Below, piece after piece: positions 14,160-27,697 of a stretch of DNA of 64,000 nucleotides. The translations under genes and the position numbers were made by a program. Source of the stretch: Tubiluchus corallicola. Lineage: Eukaryota; Animalia; Priapulida. Every line of letters starts with the position of its first letter. The stretch's first letter is position 1. The notes under the pieces were generated by a model. It saw only the letters and a list, made by a program, of their open reading frames with translations, did no database searches and was not told the origin of the DNA. The DNA is taken from contig JAQGDQ010000400.1 in assembly GCA_030141605.1 (NCBI GenBank), positions 1-64,000 of the forward strand, read 5' to 3'.

Positions 14160-14604
14160 TCTTCCCACATGTACAATGTTTCAGGGAAAATCCTTGAAAA
14201 TACAGGCTGCCCCGGAGAGTCATGGAAAAGTCAGGAAAAAGATAATTTCATAAAAAAGTCAGGGGAAGTGGAAAGAGTTGCAAAAATTATCACCATGAAC
14301 CGATATTCTTCCAAACATATTTTTCAGTGATTCGTGTTCAAATAAAATTTTGCTATGACAGGCTCCCAGTTTCGATTTCTGTTCCAAAAATAATGATTGG
14401 ATTAAGAAAGTTATTTAATGTGATTAGTGTAATTTCATTAGCACTACTGCAACTGTGTCAGCACATATATCGTATATGTATGAATGTCCATACACAAAAA
14501 TGTTTGAATATGTATACTGGTAATACAATTTCTATTTATGTCTTGGTCATGAAAAATCAATATTTAATCAGGGAAATTTATTTTAAAATTCTGTGAGAAC
14601 CCTG
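14160..14604. mobile_element. Decayed non-autonomous DNA-transposon-like repeat
   Basis: Repeated (G)TCAGGGAAA/TCATGGAAAA motifs at both ends and a right terminus GTGAGAACCCTG; left terminus not clear. Confidence 0.45.
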
Positions 14605-15361
14605 AATATAAGTTTACGTAGTTTAGCGTTAGTTTGCATACCTCAAATCCTGTAATATGCCTAGCACACAGGCAAACATGTCTGAGAATGTATCGTTTAG
14701 CTCTAGTAGTTCTCAAGGGTTTTAAGGGAGACACAAATACGCAGTAATGATTTCTAATTAAATTTTAATCACTCGCTTGATCGTATTGTAGGGAATGTCG
14801 GCGTCGGAAGATGGGAATTACGCCATGTTAATTGCGGATAAATCATTATCGTAACAATGGCGCTACTAATTAGCGCGTGAAGAGCTATCCGCATTCCTGA
14901 GCGTGATGCGTGTGTTGAGTTCTTAGTAACTGATTGTAGGCGTTATGATCAGTAGATGTTGCTAAAGCTATATCCAGACCTAGCCGTGAATGGTAATCGG
15001 TTTTCAAACGTGTATGCTCACTTAAGTTTTGCTCATTCGTTCTTATTTATTTAATAGCTGTATTATTCATTTTCATTCATTCAGTGAATTATTCATTCGT
15101 TCTATCATTCATTTATTCCCCTTTTTTCAATTTATTAATTAGATCGGCCTTTTCTTAAATAATTCGTTGGTTTGTTTGCTGAGTCAGTCGGGCGTTCATT
15201 CATTCATTCATTGAGTGACATTCAGCTAGTCTGTCAATTAGTCAGTCAGTCACTTCGATAATTTATTTCTTTTTGTATCAAATTAAAGAGTTAATATAAA
15301 ATTAGCATAGTACTAATTGTGCACGCTGAAATGTTTGGACTCAAAATCTTCCTGTATCACA

Positions 15362-15887
15362 CAGGGATGAAAATTTTCCGCGGATACGCGGAATTCCGAG
15401 TTTCTGGAAGACCAGTAGTAGCCATTTTTGTAAATCGCTTAAATTCGTTGAGAAAATTTTTACGGACCCAGTACATTATTTCACAAGCTGACCGCTAGTT
15501 GGCAGGCCGTCACTTTGTTTACATCACGTACATCAGTGTAAACACGTGTATATCTCTATGTACAAAAATATAGAATCAATTGTGCAGAGTTATTTGAGTC
15601 AATTGCAGACAGTTTTTATAACTTTTGCATAGGAGCGGCCATTACTTAGGCGTTTTTGAGACAATTAGGTATCGTGTATCCTTGATTGTTGGGTATTTTA
15701 AATTATGCATGAAACAAGGTAATTGATATTTTAAGTCCACTTAGAGGCTCTCTATGGTCACAAAATTGCAATTTGTTACTGGCTCCAATGGGGTTTCGCC
15801 CCCTTTGAACCCCCATGGGGGCCTACGCGGCCCTGAAACCTCCGACTTGTTTTAGAGTTTTTTTGCAATTTGTCATTCTCATCCCTT
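15362..15887. mobile_element. MITE (~526 bp) with terminal inverted repeats
   Basis: CAGGGATGAAAAT ... ATTCTCATCCCTT termini; flanked by direct repeat ATCACA (15356-15361, 15888-15893). Confidence 0.8.
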
Positions 15888-18135
15888 ATCACAGTGTGGA
15901 AACAGCCACACAATATTATTTAGTTTGTTTACAATGTTGATGGTCAGCACGGTGACCGGTAATAAGGTCATAATTTTGGTTAGGAAAAAGGTAACGGAAA
16001 AAAGTGGCAATTAATTTGCCTGGGCTAGTGTTGGGGTTTGGGCTAGAGTTATGCCTTTTTTCCTGTGACTTTTTAGCTGTGATCTTTTACCTGGATTCAC
16101 TCAGCACAATCGTATTTACAACACCATTAGATATACCAGTCAGTAAATACGACAGATTTATAGAAACAAGTGCGTTAGCTCTTCTACTTGGAAGAGGTTG
16201 CAAATCATTTAAATGCAGGAGAGGTATAACTAATTCAGATCTGTGTGTTTTGCGGTTTGGGCAGTCAAACCCCAGAACATTTAATTTTTCATTGTCTGTT
16301 ACCATTTGTTAAACAAGATACAAGAGTGAATCTCGAATGCGGCTTAGAAAATAATGACATTCGAAACATTCACAGAATGAGAGACACTAATGTAATTATA
16401 ATGTACATAGATATTGTAAAAGCGCTAAGCCAAAATGATCTTATAGTAAATTGATTATACATTGATTATAAATATTGGATATATATTTAAAATAAGTAGA
16501 TTGTAATGCAAAATCGTCAGCTTGTTTAGTAAGAGATTTATTTAATGTACATAGTGTATAGACTTATTTAACATTTTTGTACTTTTGTGCCCTGCAGCTA
16601 GAGGGCTTCTTGTATAATTTTCAATAAAGATGTTTAATAATAATCGTATTTGATTACGTCATGACTCCTCTAATTGATGATTGGCTTAATTACTCAGGTG
16701 ACTGCCGACTTGGCGAAAAGCTGCATTTTTCTACAAGACACGACAAGTGAAACTTGTTTACTGTGAGGTATTCGGTAGCTTGTCATAAACTTTACCCTCC
16801 ATCATTATTTTCTGTTTCCTAAAGAACGCGCTGGTGCAAAGGAAATCATAAAAAGCGACTCGGCTGGATATTTGAACGAGGCCTTCAGCCATAATACCCT
16901 CTTTACACTGTTCGGAAAGTTAGTTTGCGTTTTATGCTTGGTTTGGGTGAATTATGGGCATGCCCAGTCGGTCTGTCTACATTCTTTGGGTTACTTAGCG
17001 GGCTACTAATGCGCTGAAAAATTGCACACCTCTTCGCTACGGCTTGTCAAGGAAAAACCGCAATTTGTAATGGCTTTTGCATTTTGGGTTGGTATGTGGC
17101 ATTTTCTATGGATTTTACATTAGGAACGTGTTAGATTACTACACGTGCTCAAGAACATGACAGAAAGATAGATAGAGGAGATAGTATTAGGCCTGGTTCT
17201 AAACACTTTCACTTGTATTTTGAGATTGCACAAGTTTTTGCAGAATTTGGCAGCGTGTGTTCTATTTAACTATTTTCTTAGACACTTAGCTGGTGTCGAA
17301 TAGAGTCTTCAGCTCCAATTAAAGGAAGAAAGGATGATTTTTCATATACTACCCCATTTTCAACTACGATAAAAATATATTTTAACACGATTAACACTGC
17401 AAAACCGTTTCAGATAGTTAAATAATAAATTAAAAACTTAATTAACGGCGCGCGAGTCCAGCTATTGGTGACATCACAAACTAACATAATTTTCAACAGC
17501 AAAAATATTCCACGAGCGTGTTTCACGTGTTTGCAAAAGCGAAAATTGAAGTACAGTGCTACTGTAAGATATTCAGTGTGTTGTACTAAAGCTAGGCAAG
17601 TTTTAAGATAAAAATTCAAATTTCAAATTTATCGCTTTGCTAACACACGAGCTGTTGAATGCGTGTAGTTCGTCACAAACCAACACATCTGAACTGAGAC
17701 GTACAGCACCTGTTTTTTGTGTAATGCGCTTCCGAAATGCAGGCGCTAGTGCCCGTGTATCTAGCGAATGGCAAAATGCATGTAATAGTGAAGAACTAGT
17801 GGCACAAACGTGAAATTGCATTTGTGTGGTAATAATTCTTTCTCGTAAGTCGTTTTTGAAAAAAAATAACGTGTTTCCTTTCAATATTTTAAAGTAGATT
17901 GTTTTGACATACAGTTTAACATTGGGTCCGGTTTCCTTTAAAAAGTTTTGTTTCTTTGAAAACTTTTGTGGTATGATAGCAGAATATTCGTAGTGTTCGG
18001 TGTACAAGATAAGTCTATGTCCCGTCTGTAAGCGATTTCTGTTTTATAAAAATAGAAAGCGCCCTTTTATCGAGTGTTGCACGCCCATATTGTGTGTACG
18101 ATAAGTGCAACAATAACAGCGACGACGATGACATT

Positions 18136-18178
18136 CTTCTTCTTCTTCTCAGCTTTTCCCTATGCGGGGTCGCCGTTT
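18136..18178 (-). mobile_element. 43-bp 5'-truncated retroposon 3' end with (GAA)n tail and 18-bp TSD (RTE-like)
   Basis: Perfect direct repeat AGCGACGACGATGACATT at 18118-18135 and 18179-18196 flanks minus-strand AAACGGCGACCCCGCATAGGGAAAAGCTGAGAAGAAGAAGAAG. Confidence 0.8.
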
Positions 18179-18756
18179 AGCGACGACGATGACATTAATA
18201 GTAGTAATAACAGCAAAGATAAGATGAGTCCAAGCGCCGTACCTTTGTGAAAACGGTATTTTGTTAGTCTCTGGACTTACAAGTCTGTAAAAATGAAACA
18301 CTAACATGCTGTACAGAAATTTGTTGAAAAACTTAATACCTCCAAACCGTTTATATTATATACGTGCTCCTCTGTTGGGCCACAACAGTTCTTTTGGAGA
18401 CTTCTCGAAAGGCCTTTCACATCGACAATTGAAGGTTACACATAATAATTGTATTAGAAAAATAGAAAGCTGTTTACGTTACCGTTTGATTGTGGTGCTC
18501 GGCAAACGTTTATAGATCAAAATATTCCGTATTTTGATGTCATATTACGAAAACGTTATTCACTGATCACACGTTTGATTAATTCTGATAATAATATTAT
18601 TTGTTGTTTAAAGAAAAACCGGATGATTGTGTAAACATTAGTTCATAATAACGAATGCTGTAAAATATAGAAAACTACGGTATCTTTTTTAAATCAAAGC
18701 TTAGATTAAATAATAATTACCTCGGATACTTAAGTTTGTTAAACTTTCAAAACTAC

Positions 18757-19107
18757 GCGTGGCTCAGTGCATCTACTAAGATTGGTAGCATCGTCTTTTT
18801 GTCACATTCGCGTGGCCGACAAATAGAGGGCGGTACCGTGATAACCATGATCATGAACTGCTGTGTTAGTTTGTGACGTCATATGATGTAAAGCCCATTT
18901 CCATGATAGCGTTTAAACAGTAACACTTATGCAAATGTGCTTGATGCGCAAGGGAAGATGCCTGCCAATGCACAAACTGTGGTTAGTTTCTGACGTAAGA
19001 AATAGCTGTGTTCGGTTGCCGTTAATTAACTTACTAAGGTAATTATTCAAATATGACAAACAGTTGCTAACTTTCATAGTCTAAACAATCGACCGGTTTT
19101 CGTTTAA
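18757..19107 (+). repeat. Dispersed repeat, copy 1 (copy 2 at 30901-31291)
   Basis: Shared blocks such as atctactaagattgg, tgtcacattcgcgtggc.gacaaataga, tgataaccatgatcatgaactgctgtgttagttt, tagctgtgttcggttgccgttaattaact. Confidence 0.9.
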
Positions 19108-19561
19108 GAAATTCAGATACTCAAGTTACATCTAAATTGCGTTTTTTGGCGTTTATTAACATTGTACAGGTAATTCGATGCATTTTAACAAAAATTGTAA
19201 CTTAAAAACATTTATTTCATTAATTTTATCTTATAATTTTTTGTACATTTTAACTATTTACTATAAATATGTTTCATGAACCTCGTGTTCGAAATAAAAT
19301 AACTTACTTACTCAACATTGATCAGATTTGCCATTTTTATACATTTTTTGTACAATACGTCACACTGCAACCCGACATCTTAATCTCAACAGCAGAACCT
19401 GCTTATGACGTTAATGATTGTGACAGGAGCGGAATCTACCTTATTATTATTATTAATATTAGTCGTCTAAGCTTAGATGCCGAATCAACAGAGATGCCTT
19501 AGCCACGCTTGGACATTTGTTCAAAATCCCGTCCCCCTCAAAGAGGATAAATAGCTTAGAG

Positions 19562-20632
19562 TAGTATACCCCAGCTGGCGCCCAGCCATTTACAAACCAT
19601 TACCCAGCATTGTCTAACTTCGGTGGTTAAGCACACACCGAGTAAATGGCCTAGTAAACCCCAGCTAACGCCCAGCCATTTACAAACCATTATCCAGTAT
19701 TGTTTAACTTCGATCGTTAAGCACACACCCAGTAAATAGCCTAGCAAACCCCAGCTGGCGCCCAGCCATTTACAAACCATTACCCAGCATTGTTTAACTT
19801 CGGTCGTTAAGCACATACCGAGTAAATGGCCTAGTATACCCCAGCTGGCGCCCAGCCACTTACAAACCATTACCTAGCATTGTTTAACTTCGGTCGTTAA
19901 GCAAACACCGAGTAAATGGCCTAGTATAGCCCAGCTGGTGCCCAGCCATTTACAAACCATTACCTAGTATTGTTTAACTTCGATCGTTAAGCACACACCG
20001 AGTAAATGGCCTAGTATACCCCAGCTGGCGCCTAGCCATTTACAAACCATTATCCAGTATTGTTTAACTTAGGTCGTTAAGCACACACCGAGTAAATGGC
20101 CTAGTATACCCCAGCTGGCGCCCAGCCACTTACAAACCATTACCTAGCATTGTTTAACTTCGGTCGTTAAGCACACACCGAGTAAATGGCCTAGTATACC
20201 CCAGCTGGTGCCCAGCCATTCACAAACCATTACCTAGCATTGTTTAACTTCGGTCGTTAAGCACACACCGAGTAAATGGCCTAGTATACCCCAGCTGGTG
20301 CCCAGCCATTTACAAACCATTACCCAGCATTGTTTAACTTCGGTCGTTAAGCACACACCGAGTAAATGGCCTAGTAAACCCCAGCTGGCGCCCAGCCATT
20401 TACAAACCATTACCCAGCATTGTTTAACTTCGGTCGTTAAGCAAACACCGAGTAAATGGCCTAGTAAACCCCACCTGGCGCCCAGCCATTTACAAACCAT
20501 TACCCAGCATTGTTTAACTTCGGTCGTTAAGCACACACCGAGTAAATGGCCTAGTAAACCCCAGCTGGCGCCCAGCCATTTACAAACCATTACCCAGCAT
20601 TGTTTAACTTCGGTCGTCAAGCACACACCGAG
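19562..20632 (-). repeat. Tandem array of ~12 x 90-bp units derived from the 5S rRNA internal control region
   Basis: Minus-strand unit ACCGAAGTTAAACAATGCTGGGTAATGGTTTGTAAATGGCTGGGCGCCAGCTGGGGTATACTAGG aligns at 43/65 positions to the 5S sequence at 39249-39367, including Box A (AGTTAA.CAA) and Box C-like TGGCTGGG. The tandem repeat itself is certain; 5S origin is very likely. Confidence 0.9.
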
Positions 20633-22046
20633 ACCACTTGGCTGTTCCTCGCCCAACGTGTACTAATGAGTAATGGTGGCGCTACAGTTATGTGGAAAGG
20701 AATCACCAACAATGTTTGGCACGTGATAAATTAATAGATAAATTAATTCGAGTGGATAACACGCTGCTTTTGTGTAGTGAAAATACAAATGCATTTTTGA
20801 GCCTCGTAAATTATATTCCTCAATAGGAACTGTCGACCCATTTAAGCGTAATCTGTAAAAAGTGTAAGTAAGAAATTGCACTTCTCTTGTTTCGAACACG
20901 CTTATTACTACAATACTGCACTTGAAACAGTAGAGTTTCTATTGATTGGGCTGTTGCAAATTAGTCTATTCTCTGATACTATCACAAGCTGAAAGTGTGT
21001 TAGTAGGTTTGTATGTAAAAACATTTTATGCAGTATGAAGTGGTTTAGTTGGTGTTGTTACGTATTTTGCTGACCGTGTATTTTACGCATCAATCGCTGA
21101 GTTTACGTGCTTTGAATTTTTTACAACCTTTTTACTCGTGTATCTGTTATACATGTACGTGTAATGAGTATTGCATTCGATGTTTTAGGAATATTACCAT
21201 AATTACATACGTTGTGTAGTGATGCAGTCTTTATAATGTTCTCTACATTTTATAGTTTCGTCATTCTTGTATGTGTGTTTGCTTTTCAGCAAACTGTATA
21301 AGTTTTTGTGATCGAAATATGAAAATTTAAATTAATAACCTATATATTTCATGTTTACAACTCTAAAACTGAGAATACATGTAGTTTTATAACTGTAATT
21401 GGGATTTGATTAAATTATAAATGCAATAACTCGTCGTGTGCACATACACATACATCTTTATGGGTCATTTGAAGTTTTCAATCAATTAAACTTTTAAAAT
21501 TCTAATCTTTTAGCCACTAATTAGGTTTCCTTTTATAAATTGAAATTTGAATACTAAGCTTATATATTACCTCTTAAGGTAAACAGGGAAATAGGAAGAC
21601 GGTGAAGAATCTCTTTGTTCTAACCTTCAACGCCGTTTGCTAATTAAGAAGCTTACATGAATGATAAAGTATTTTTACCTGAGCTGGTATTTAGTGACAA
21701 CTAAGCTAGCACAATAGCAGACGCTAATTAGTACCGCTGGGCTTAAACCGATTTGTCTTTGTCGAATTTTTGTACCATAAAAATAATGATATCATTAAGA
21801 TTTTTGCGTCTAAGTGTTTCCGTTGCTCAAGCAGGCTTTTCCTTGTCGATAGGTAGTAGAAAATTGAGGTGCAACTTTTGAGTTTTTTTCTCTTTCCGGT
21901 GACGTGTACGAATAAATTGTCATTTTCCACGACCAAGTGAAATTTTTAATAAATGCGCGGCCTTCTCTGTTGCTAATCGTAATTTCTATACAGAAGGTTA
22001 TTCGGGCGCTGCGAATTACGCCCAGCTCATAAATACTGTCACACAA

Positions 22047-22208
22047 ATCATCATCATCATCATCATCATACGCCCGTCACATCTATTGTAGATATTGGGC
22101 AGGCAGAATTCTAAAATAAAAGAAATCTGCCTTCAGACAGGTAAACGCAGCAGTAATCCAGCAAAAAACTAGACACTGCTACGCCAGTGGCTTGTCAGCA
22201 CCACTTCC
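22047..22208 (-). mobile_element. Short retroposon fragment with (ATG)n tail
   Basis: (TCA)7 run followed by unique sequence; gtcacaca on both sides is a possible TSD. Confidence 0.4.
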
Positions 22209-25200
22209 GTCACACATAGACAGAAAGTCACACACTTCCAGCGTAGTCACACATAGGCAGAAAATCACACTCTTCCAGCGTAATCCATTAATTTACTTTA
22301 TTGCTTGATTTCGTACCGAACGTATTTTGATTTTAAACGGAAGCTTTCAATGAGAGCTTACCATCGGTTCTGACATCGGTTCATCAAGTCGTTTCATGGT
22401 GGATTTTTGTGCCTTTGCTGTTATTGTTTGGCATATATGTTTGTTTAATTAGGCATTTATCAACAACGTATAAAATTTAAAAATTACCAGTAAATGCTCC
22501 AAAAATATTTTGTGTAAAATTGGAGCTACATTGAAATCATCTCAGTTTTTCAGTGCCATTAACACGCGAAATATCTTACACATATAGCTCACCTGTAGTT
22601 TTCCTGTAGTTGTATAATTAGTGGAACAATGACGGCTATACGTATAATAGTTTTGTTTATAATTTTACTCAAGCACGCATTGTGAGTTAGGAAATTTCAC
22701 AATAACTATTTGATACATAAAACCAGACTGATTAGAACCGTCATTACATCAAGTGTTTAATGTTTTAAACGAAGGTTTCATTGTTCTCTGTAGAATCGTT
22801 TATCAATGTACCAGTTAAACACTGTGAGAGTATTGACCTGGGCTGTGTGCTCTTCACTAGCCGCCTAGGTATAATGTTCACACCTCTGTGCATTAGACCA
22901 TTACTTCGTGTGCTGGTATCGTAGTAGAAAACACTGCAGTTATCTAGTGTGATATCTAGTGGAGTAACACGCATCTGCAGAATGGTCTAATTGGCTCACT
23001 TTAAGTCTCTTGTGCATTTTTTTGAAATTGATCCGGGCAGTTGAAACTATGCCTCATCGTTGTACATTGTATGTGACGTTGACATTGTTGGAGAACCTTG
23101 TCATGTGATTTCTGGAATCTGGAAGAATCTTGGACACAAGCGTTTCCTGGAAAACGGAAGTTGAAGGCACCTACTCTGAGTCACCAAGAGAACCTTGGAC
23201 ACAAGCGTTTCTTGGAAAAGGGAAGTTGAAGGCACCTGCTCTTATTCATGTATTGTTTTCACTTGCAGCATTAATGTCAGCATCTATACATCTTCGAGTG
23301 TATTCTTTGCACGAGTTTTAGGGAGATGTTTGCCAAGAAAAGGGTTCACTGGGTGTCGACTGAATTCCTGATCGAACATGAATATCCGGATATTAAAATG
23401 CATTTACCCAACAAGTGCATCTTAAGCCCAGAAATGCTTAGTGTAGCTCGTAAAATGGTCTGCCTCAAGGTATGCTCAATCTAGGTTCGAATCTTCATAT
23501 TGTAGTGTCATATAGCTTCTCTTCTTTCTTTTTTCTTAAATTAACAAACAGATTCTGGGCCTGGGTTTCTCTGACGCGTTTTCGCTGTTTGAAATTCTCC
23601 TTCGCTCCTGTGTCCTCCTTTACATCGTAACCTTTAGTTTAGTTTAGTTTAGTTTATTACTATCACATTCAGTACAATATAATGACATTAAGCACACAGT
23701 GACATCAAAAGTATTACGTCACACTGTATCAAATTGCTATGTTTCATACACTATCGTAAAAGATTAATTGTACTGCAGTGGGCTAGAGAAGCAAAGGCTC
23801 GTGTAAGCCCACTGTTATGTGAACCTGATAAAAAAGAATTAATTTCTTACCATATACCTCGCTGCATTATGCCATCATTGACAGGCGTCTAGCAACATCG
23901 TATTCGTAATGATTAGTTATTACAGTTAACTAGCACTCACAACGAGCACAATTATCACCATCATGGTTATGAACATAGTGATCATAATGGCGGTATTACT
24001 CTACTTCTATCACTCTGTCATTACCGTCAATGCGTCGTCTTCATCATCATTATCGTAATCAACATCAATCCGTCGTCTTCATCATCATTATCGTAATCAA
24101 CATCAATCCGTTGTTATTCTGAGTACCTGTGTGATGAATCTAATCATTTGAAATTGTGAGCATTTTCAGCTTAGATTTTATAGTGATGTTGCGACAGTAA
24201 AATTCTGCATTCGTCACAGATTTGCAGCGCCGTACAATTTAAACTGCTTTAATTATGTCGTGTCATCAAAGGTCTGATTTTTTTCTTGAAATTTATTGTA
24301 AATAGAAGTTTGTTTAGCGAAAGTCGTACTGGTATGGTGAAATACTTTGCAGGCTTTGTTGATAAATGTACACCTAGTCTTAGACAATTTCAAATTCAAT
24401 TTCAATTTATTGCTCAAATACATAATTACAATGGCAAACACAATGCAGTACATACATGTCAAATAGTGCATACATATAAAGTTAATTCATAAAACCTTTG
24501 TGCAAAACGTTATGTCCAGTGTTAGTAATAACAATAATTAACATTTTTTGGTATAATTTGTATTACGTAGATAAGTTAGCTAAGTAATTAAATAGAAGTA
24601 CATTGATACAAATTCACAGTTAAATGTTGTATTTTTCAGCAATGAAAGAAAAGGAAAAAATGACTCGAGTTTTATTTGTTTGAGCAATATGAATAAAAGT
24701 TCATAAGTTATAAAATAATAATAAATGAGTTATAAAAGAATTCTGATCAAAGTTTGCTGCCGTAATGTTGATTTCTTCTTCTGTGGAGATAGACCGTCGA
24801 ATGCAACATGCAGTGTGGCTTATTGGCATTCGTTAATGACAGGTGTACAGTCTGTCGTTAGCTAACTGTTGTTGTTATTTCGCTTATTAAAATAAATTTA
24901 AGTCAACTAATATTTTTTCTCGTGCTACCATTAAGTTTCTACCCCATTCAGGCGCTACCCCACTCACAAGAAAGCAACTGATTAGCTCGTGCGCGTTACT
25001 GGACATTAATCTAGTTTTCACGATAGATTTATAATGGTTTGTGATGAAGGTTAAACTAAAACTTTTCAGTTTGCTTTCAATGGGTGGTTTGGGGCGAAGT
25101 TGTTCCAAGCAGTCGTAAACTCTGGGTGCGATTTCTGAGACTTGTTGTAAGCAACTTTATTAAGCAGTTTATGTGCCAACATTTAAAAATGAAAAAAAAC

Positions 25201-26667
25201 TTATTTAATATATTGTCTAACATTTTTAAATAATATCTTTTTCATTGGGTGTAAAAAAAGAAAAATCCATTAAAAGTGTGACGACGATGCAGGATTGATG
25301 CTTGTGTTTTTACTCAGCCAAAACAAAAAAGATGTTAGTGGCAGAAATGTACTGTGCTGTTTAGCAAAAACCGCGAAAATTTGCTCAAAAAATAACAGTC
25401 TATACAGTTAGTGCCAAAGCGTTGCGCTACTTTCATAATACTAAAATGCTAAAAAAATTGAATCATTTAGGCGTATTTGCTTCGATTCTATCACATTTCT
25501 TCAGTCTCTTCCCGGAATCTTATTGGGAACTGATACATTATTTTATATGAGCTATAAGTGAGTTAACAAACTCATATTCGTATGATTGTATCACCCCATA
25601 TCTTCACTAACTTCCGTAACCTACATATAATTTGCCCTGGAGTCTCGCGGGTCACGGTAACAACGATATGAATTTATATGCTTTAGTGATAAAGCAAGAA
25701 TTTTTATTCATCGATTAGCTACTCATTTGTAGTATCATCATTTTGTTACATTTTTACTTTTTTATTCATTTTTCTTTTAAATTAAAGCGTGTTAGATCTT
25801 AAAAGTTGCTGCGCGTTTTTTGTTGATGTAAATAACCTGCTAGTTCCTTCGTAGGATTTTAATTTTTCATGCATAAACTGTCATCAAGGTTCTATGCCAG
25901 GACCTGAAATTGACTTTCTCGTGTTTTTAGTTCTCTGGCTTCCCGGCAATTGCTAAATTGCACTCATGTGGTTTATTGTTCTCGCAAATATCGTTGATCT
26001 TGAAGTGTGAATGAAAAGTCAGCCGATTTACAAAAACAAGCATTTATACCTGGGTAGTTTTGGCATTTTCTATTCGGTCTATTGTGCATCCTGTAAACGT
26101 ATCTTTGTCTAAAGCTTTGTTTCCATTGGGTTAGAAATCCGTGCAGTTTCTTGTTTTTACTTCTTTAGTAAAGCACGTGCTTATACCTTGTTCGTTTCCT
26201 GGGTGATTAGCTTTGATCAACAGTTTGATTAGCACCGCATTTAAACGAACGATCATGCTGGATTTACAAAAGTAATTATGGTGTCTTTAATGCAGTTTTA
26301 GTTCGTTTGCCTTCACGTACCCTGATTCAGATAAATTGCTTTTCGTAGAACAGACATCATAACTATTGGCAATTCTTGCTAATTGATCTGCTAATCCACA
26401 CGCTCACTGCTGCTAATATTTTACCAGACCGGTAAACTGACTTTGTGTTATTTGCCAAGGGATTGAGGCCAATTAAGAAGTTTGCAAGTTTCATAAACAT
26501 TTAGTTAGTCTCTTTCCGTGTGATTATTAACAACAATACAAGTGTAGGACACAATTCACTCATCTTCGTAGTTCAACCTTTCAGGAAGTAGCAGCTAATC
26601 ATTAATTTCACAAACTTTCTTTTAACATAATGAAATATTATTTGTTTGTTGTGCATGAGTGACATTT

Positions 26668-27112
26668 GTCTCTCTCTCTCTCTCTCTCTCCCTCTCTCAT
26701 GCTCACTCACTCTCTCTCTCTTTCCTCTTCCTTTGTCTCTCTCTTCCTCTTTCTCTCCCTCTCTCATTCTCACTCATTCACTCTCTCCTTCCTCTCTCTC
26801 CCTCTCTCTTTCTGACTCACTCTCTCTTCCTCTCTCTTTCTCTTTCTCACTCACACTCTCTCTCTCTTCCTATCTCTCTCTCCCCCTCTCTCATTCTCAC
26901 TCATTCACTCTCTCTTCTCTCTCTCCCTCTCTCTTCCTTTGTCTCTCTCTTCCTCTCTCTCTTGCTCCCTCTCTCATTGTCACTCACTCACCCTCTTTTT
27001 CTCCCTCTCTCTTCCTCTTCCTCTCTCTCTCTTCCTTTCTCTCTCTCTCTCTCTCACTCACTCACTCACTCTCTCTTTCCTCTCTCTCTCTCTCTTTCTC
27101 ACTCTATCTCTC

Positions 27113-27151
<39 letters not shown>

Positions 27152-27330
27152 TTTTCTCACTCACTCTCTCTTTCTCTCAATCTCTCCTCTTCCTCTCTCT
27201 CTTTTTCTCGCTCATTCACTCTCTCTCTCTCTCTCTTTCTGATTCACTCACTCTCTCTCTCTCTCTGTCTCTCTCTATCTATCTGTCTCTGTTTTACGTT
27301 TCTCTCCTCTTCTTCTTCCTCTCTTTCTTC
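26668..27330. repeat. ~660-bp CT-rich polypyrimidine low-complexity tract
   Basis: Almost all C/T with interspersed CTCA; explains the Ser/Leu ORFs at 26646-27481. Confidence 0.95.
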
Positions 27331-27697
27331 ATGTTCTTTACTGTCGCTTCTTTCTTTCTGCCTTTTTCTTGCTGGTGATACCTTTCTGCTTTTGCCAGTT
27401 ATAGTTTCATCTAAGCTACTTATATATGAACGTAATGATTTTGTTGCATTTCGGTGCTTTGTCCAATTGAGTTACATATGAACTAATAATTTTATTGAAC
27501 TTCGAGCTTACTTGGCTGAATTTGTAAGTGAACATATTTGGTTTTTACGTTACAGTTGGCAAAATTACAAGCGAAGAGATTTTGTTGCACCTTCAGATTA
27601 TCCAATTCATTTACGTGTGAACACATTTTTTCCTTTTTTCTTTTCAAGGTTAGCATGTAAGTGAAAACGTGGTTCAACAATTTTTGGTTCATTTCAG

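Noticed and set aside
19556-20666. Repeat-protein ORFs, or a CRISPR or 5S rDNA array
   Set aside because: Several units carry in-frame stops; there are no unique spacers; units lack the 5S 5' part and terminator, so they are not rRNA genes.
23441-23497. tRNA gene (TAGCTC...GGTTCGAATC)
   Set aside because: A B-box-like motif is present but no cloverleaf can be folded; at most a decayed SINE head.
26573-27481. Long Ser/Leu-rich ORFs (also 7056-7312, 53592-54016, 61770-62032)
   Set aside because: Translations of simple repeats.
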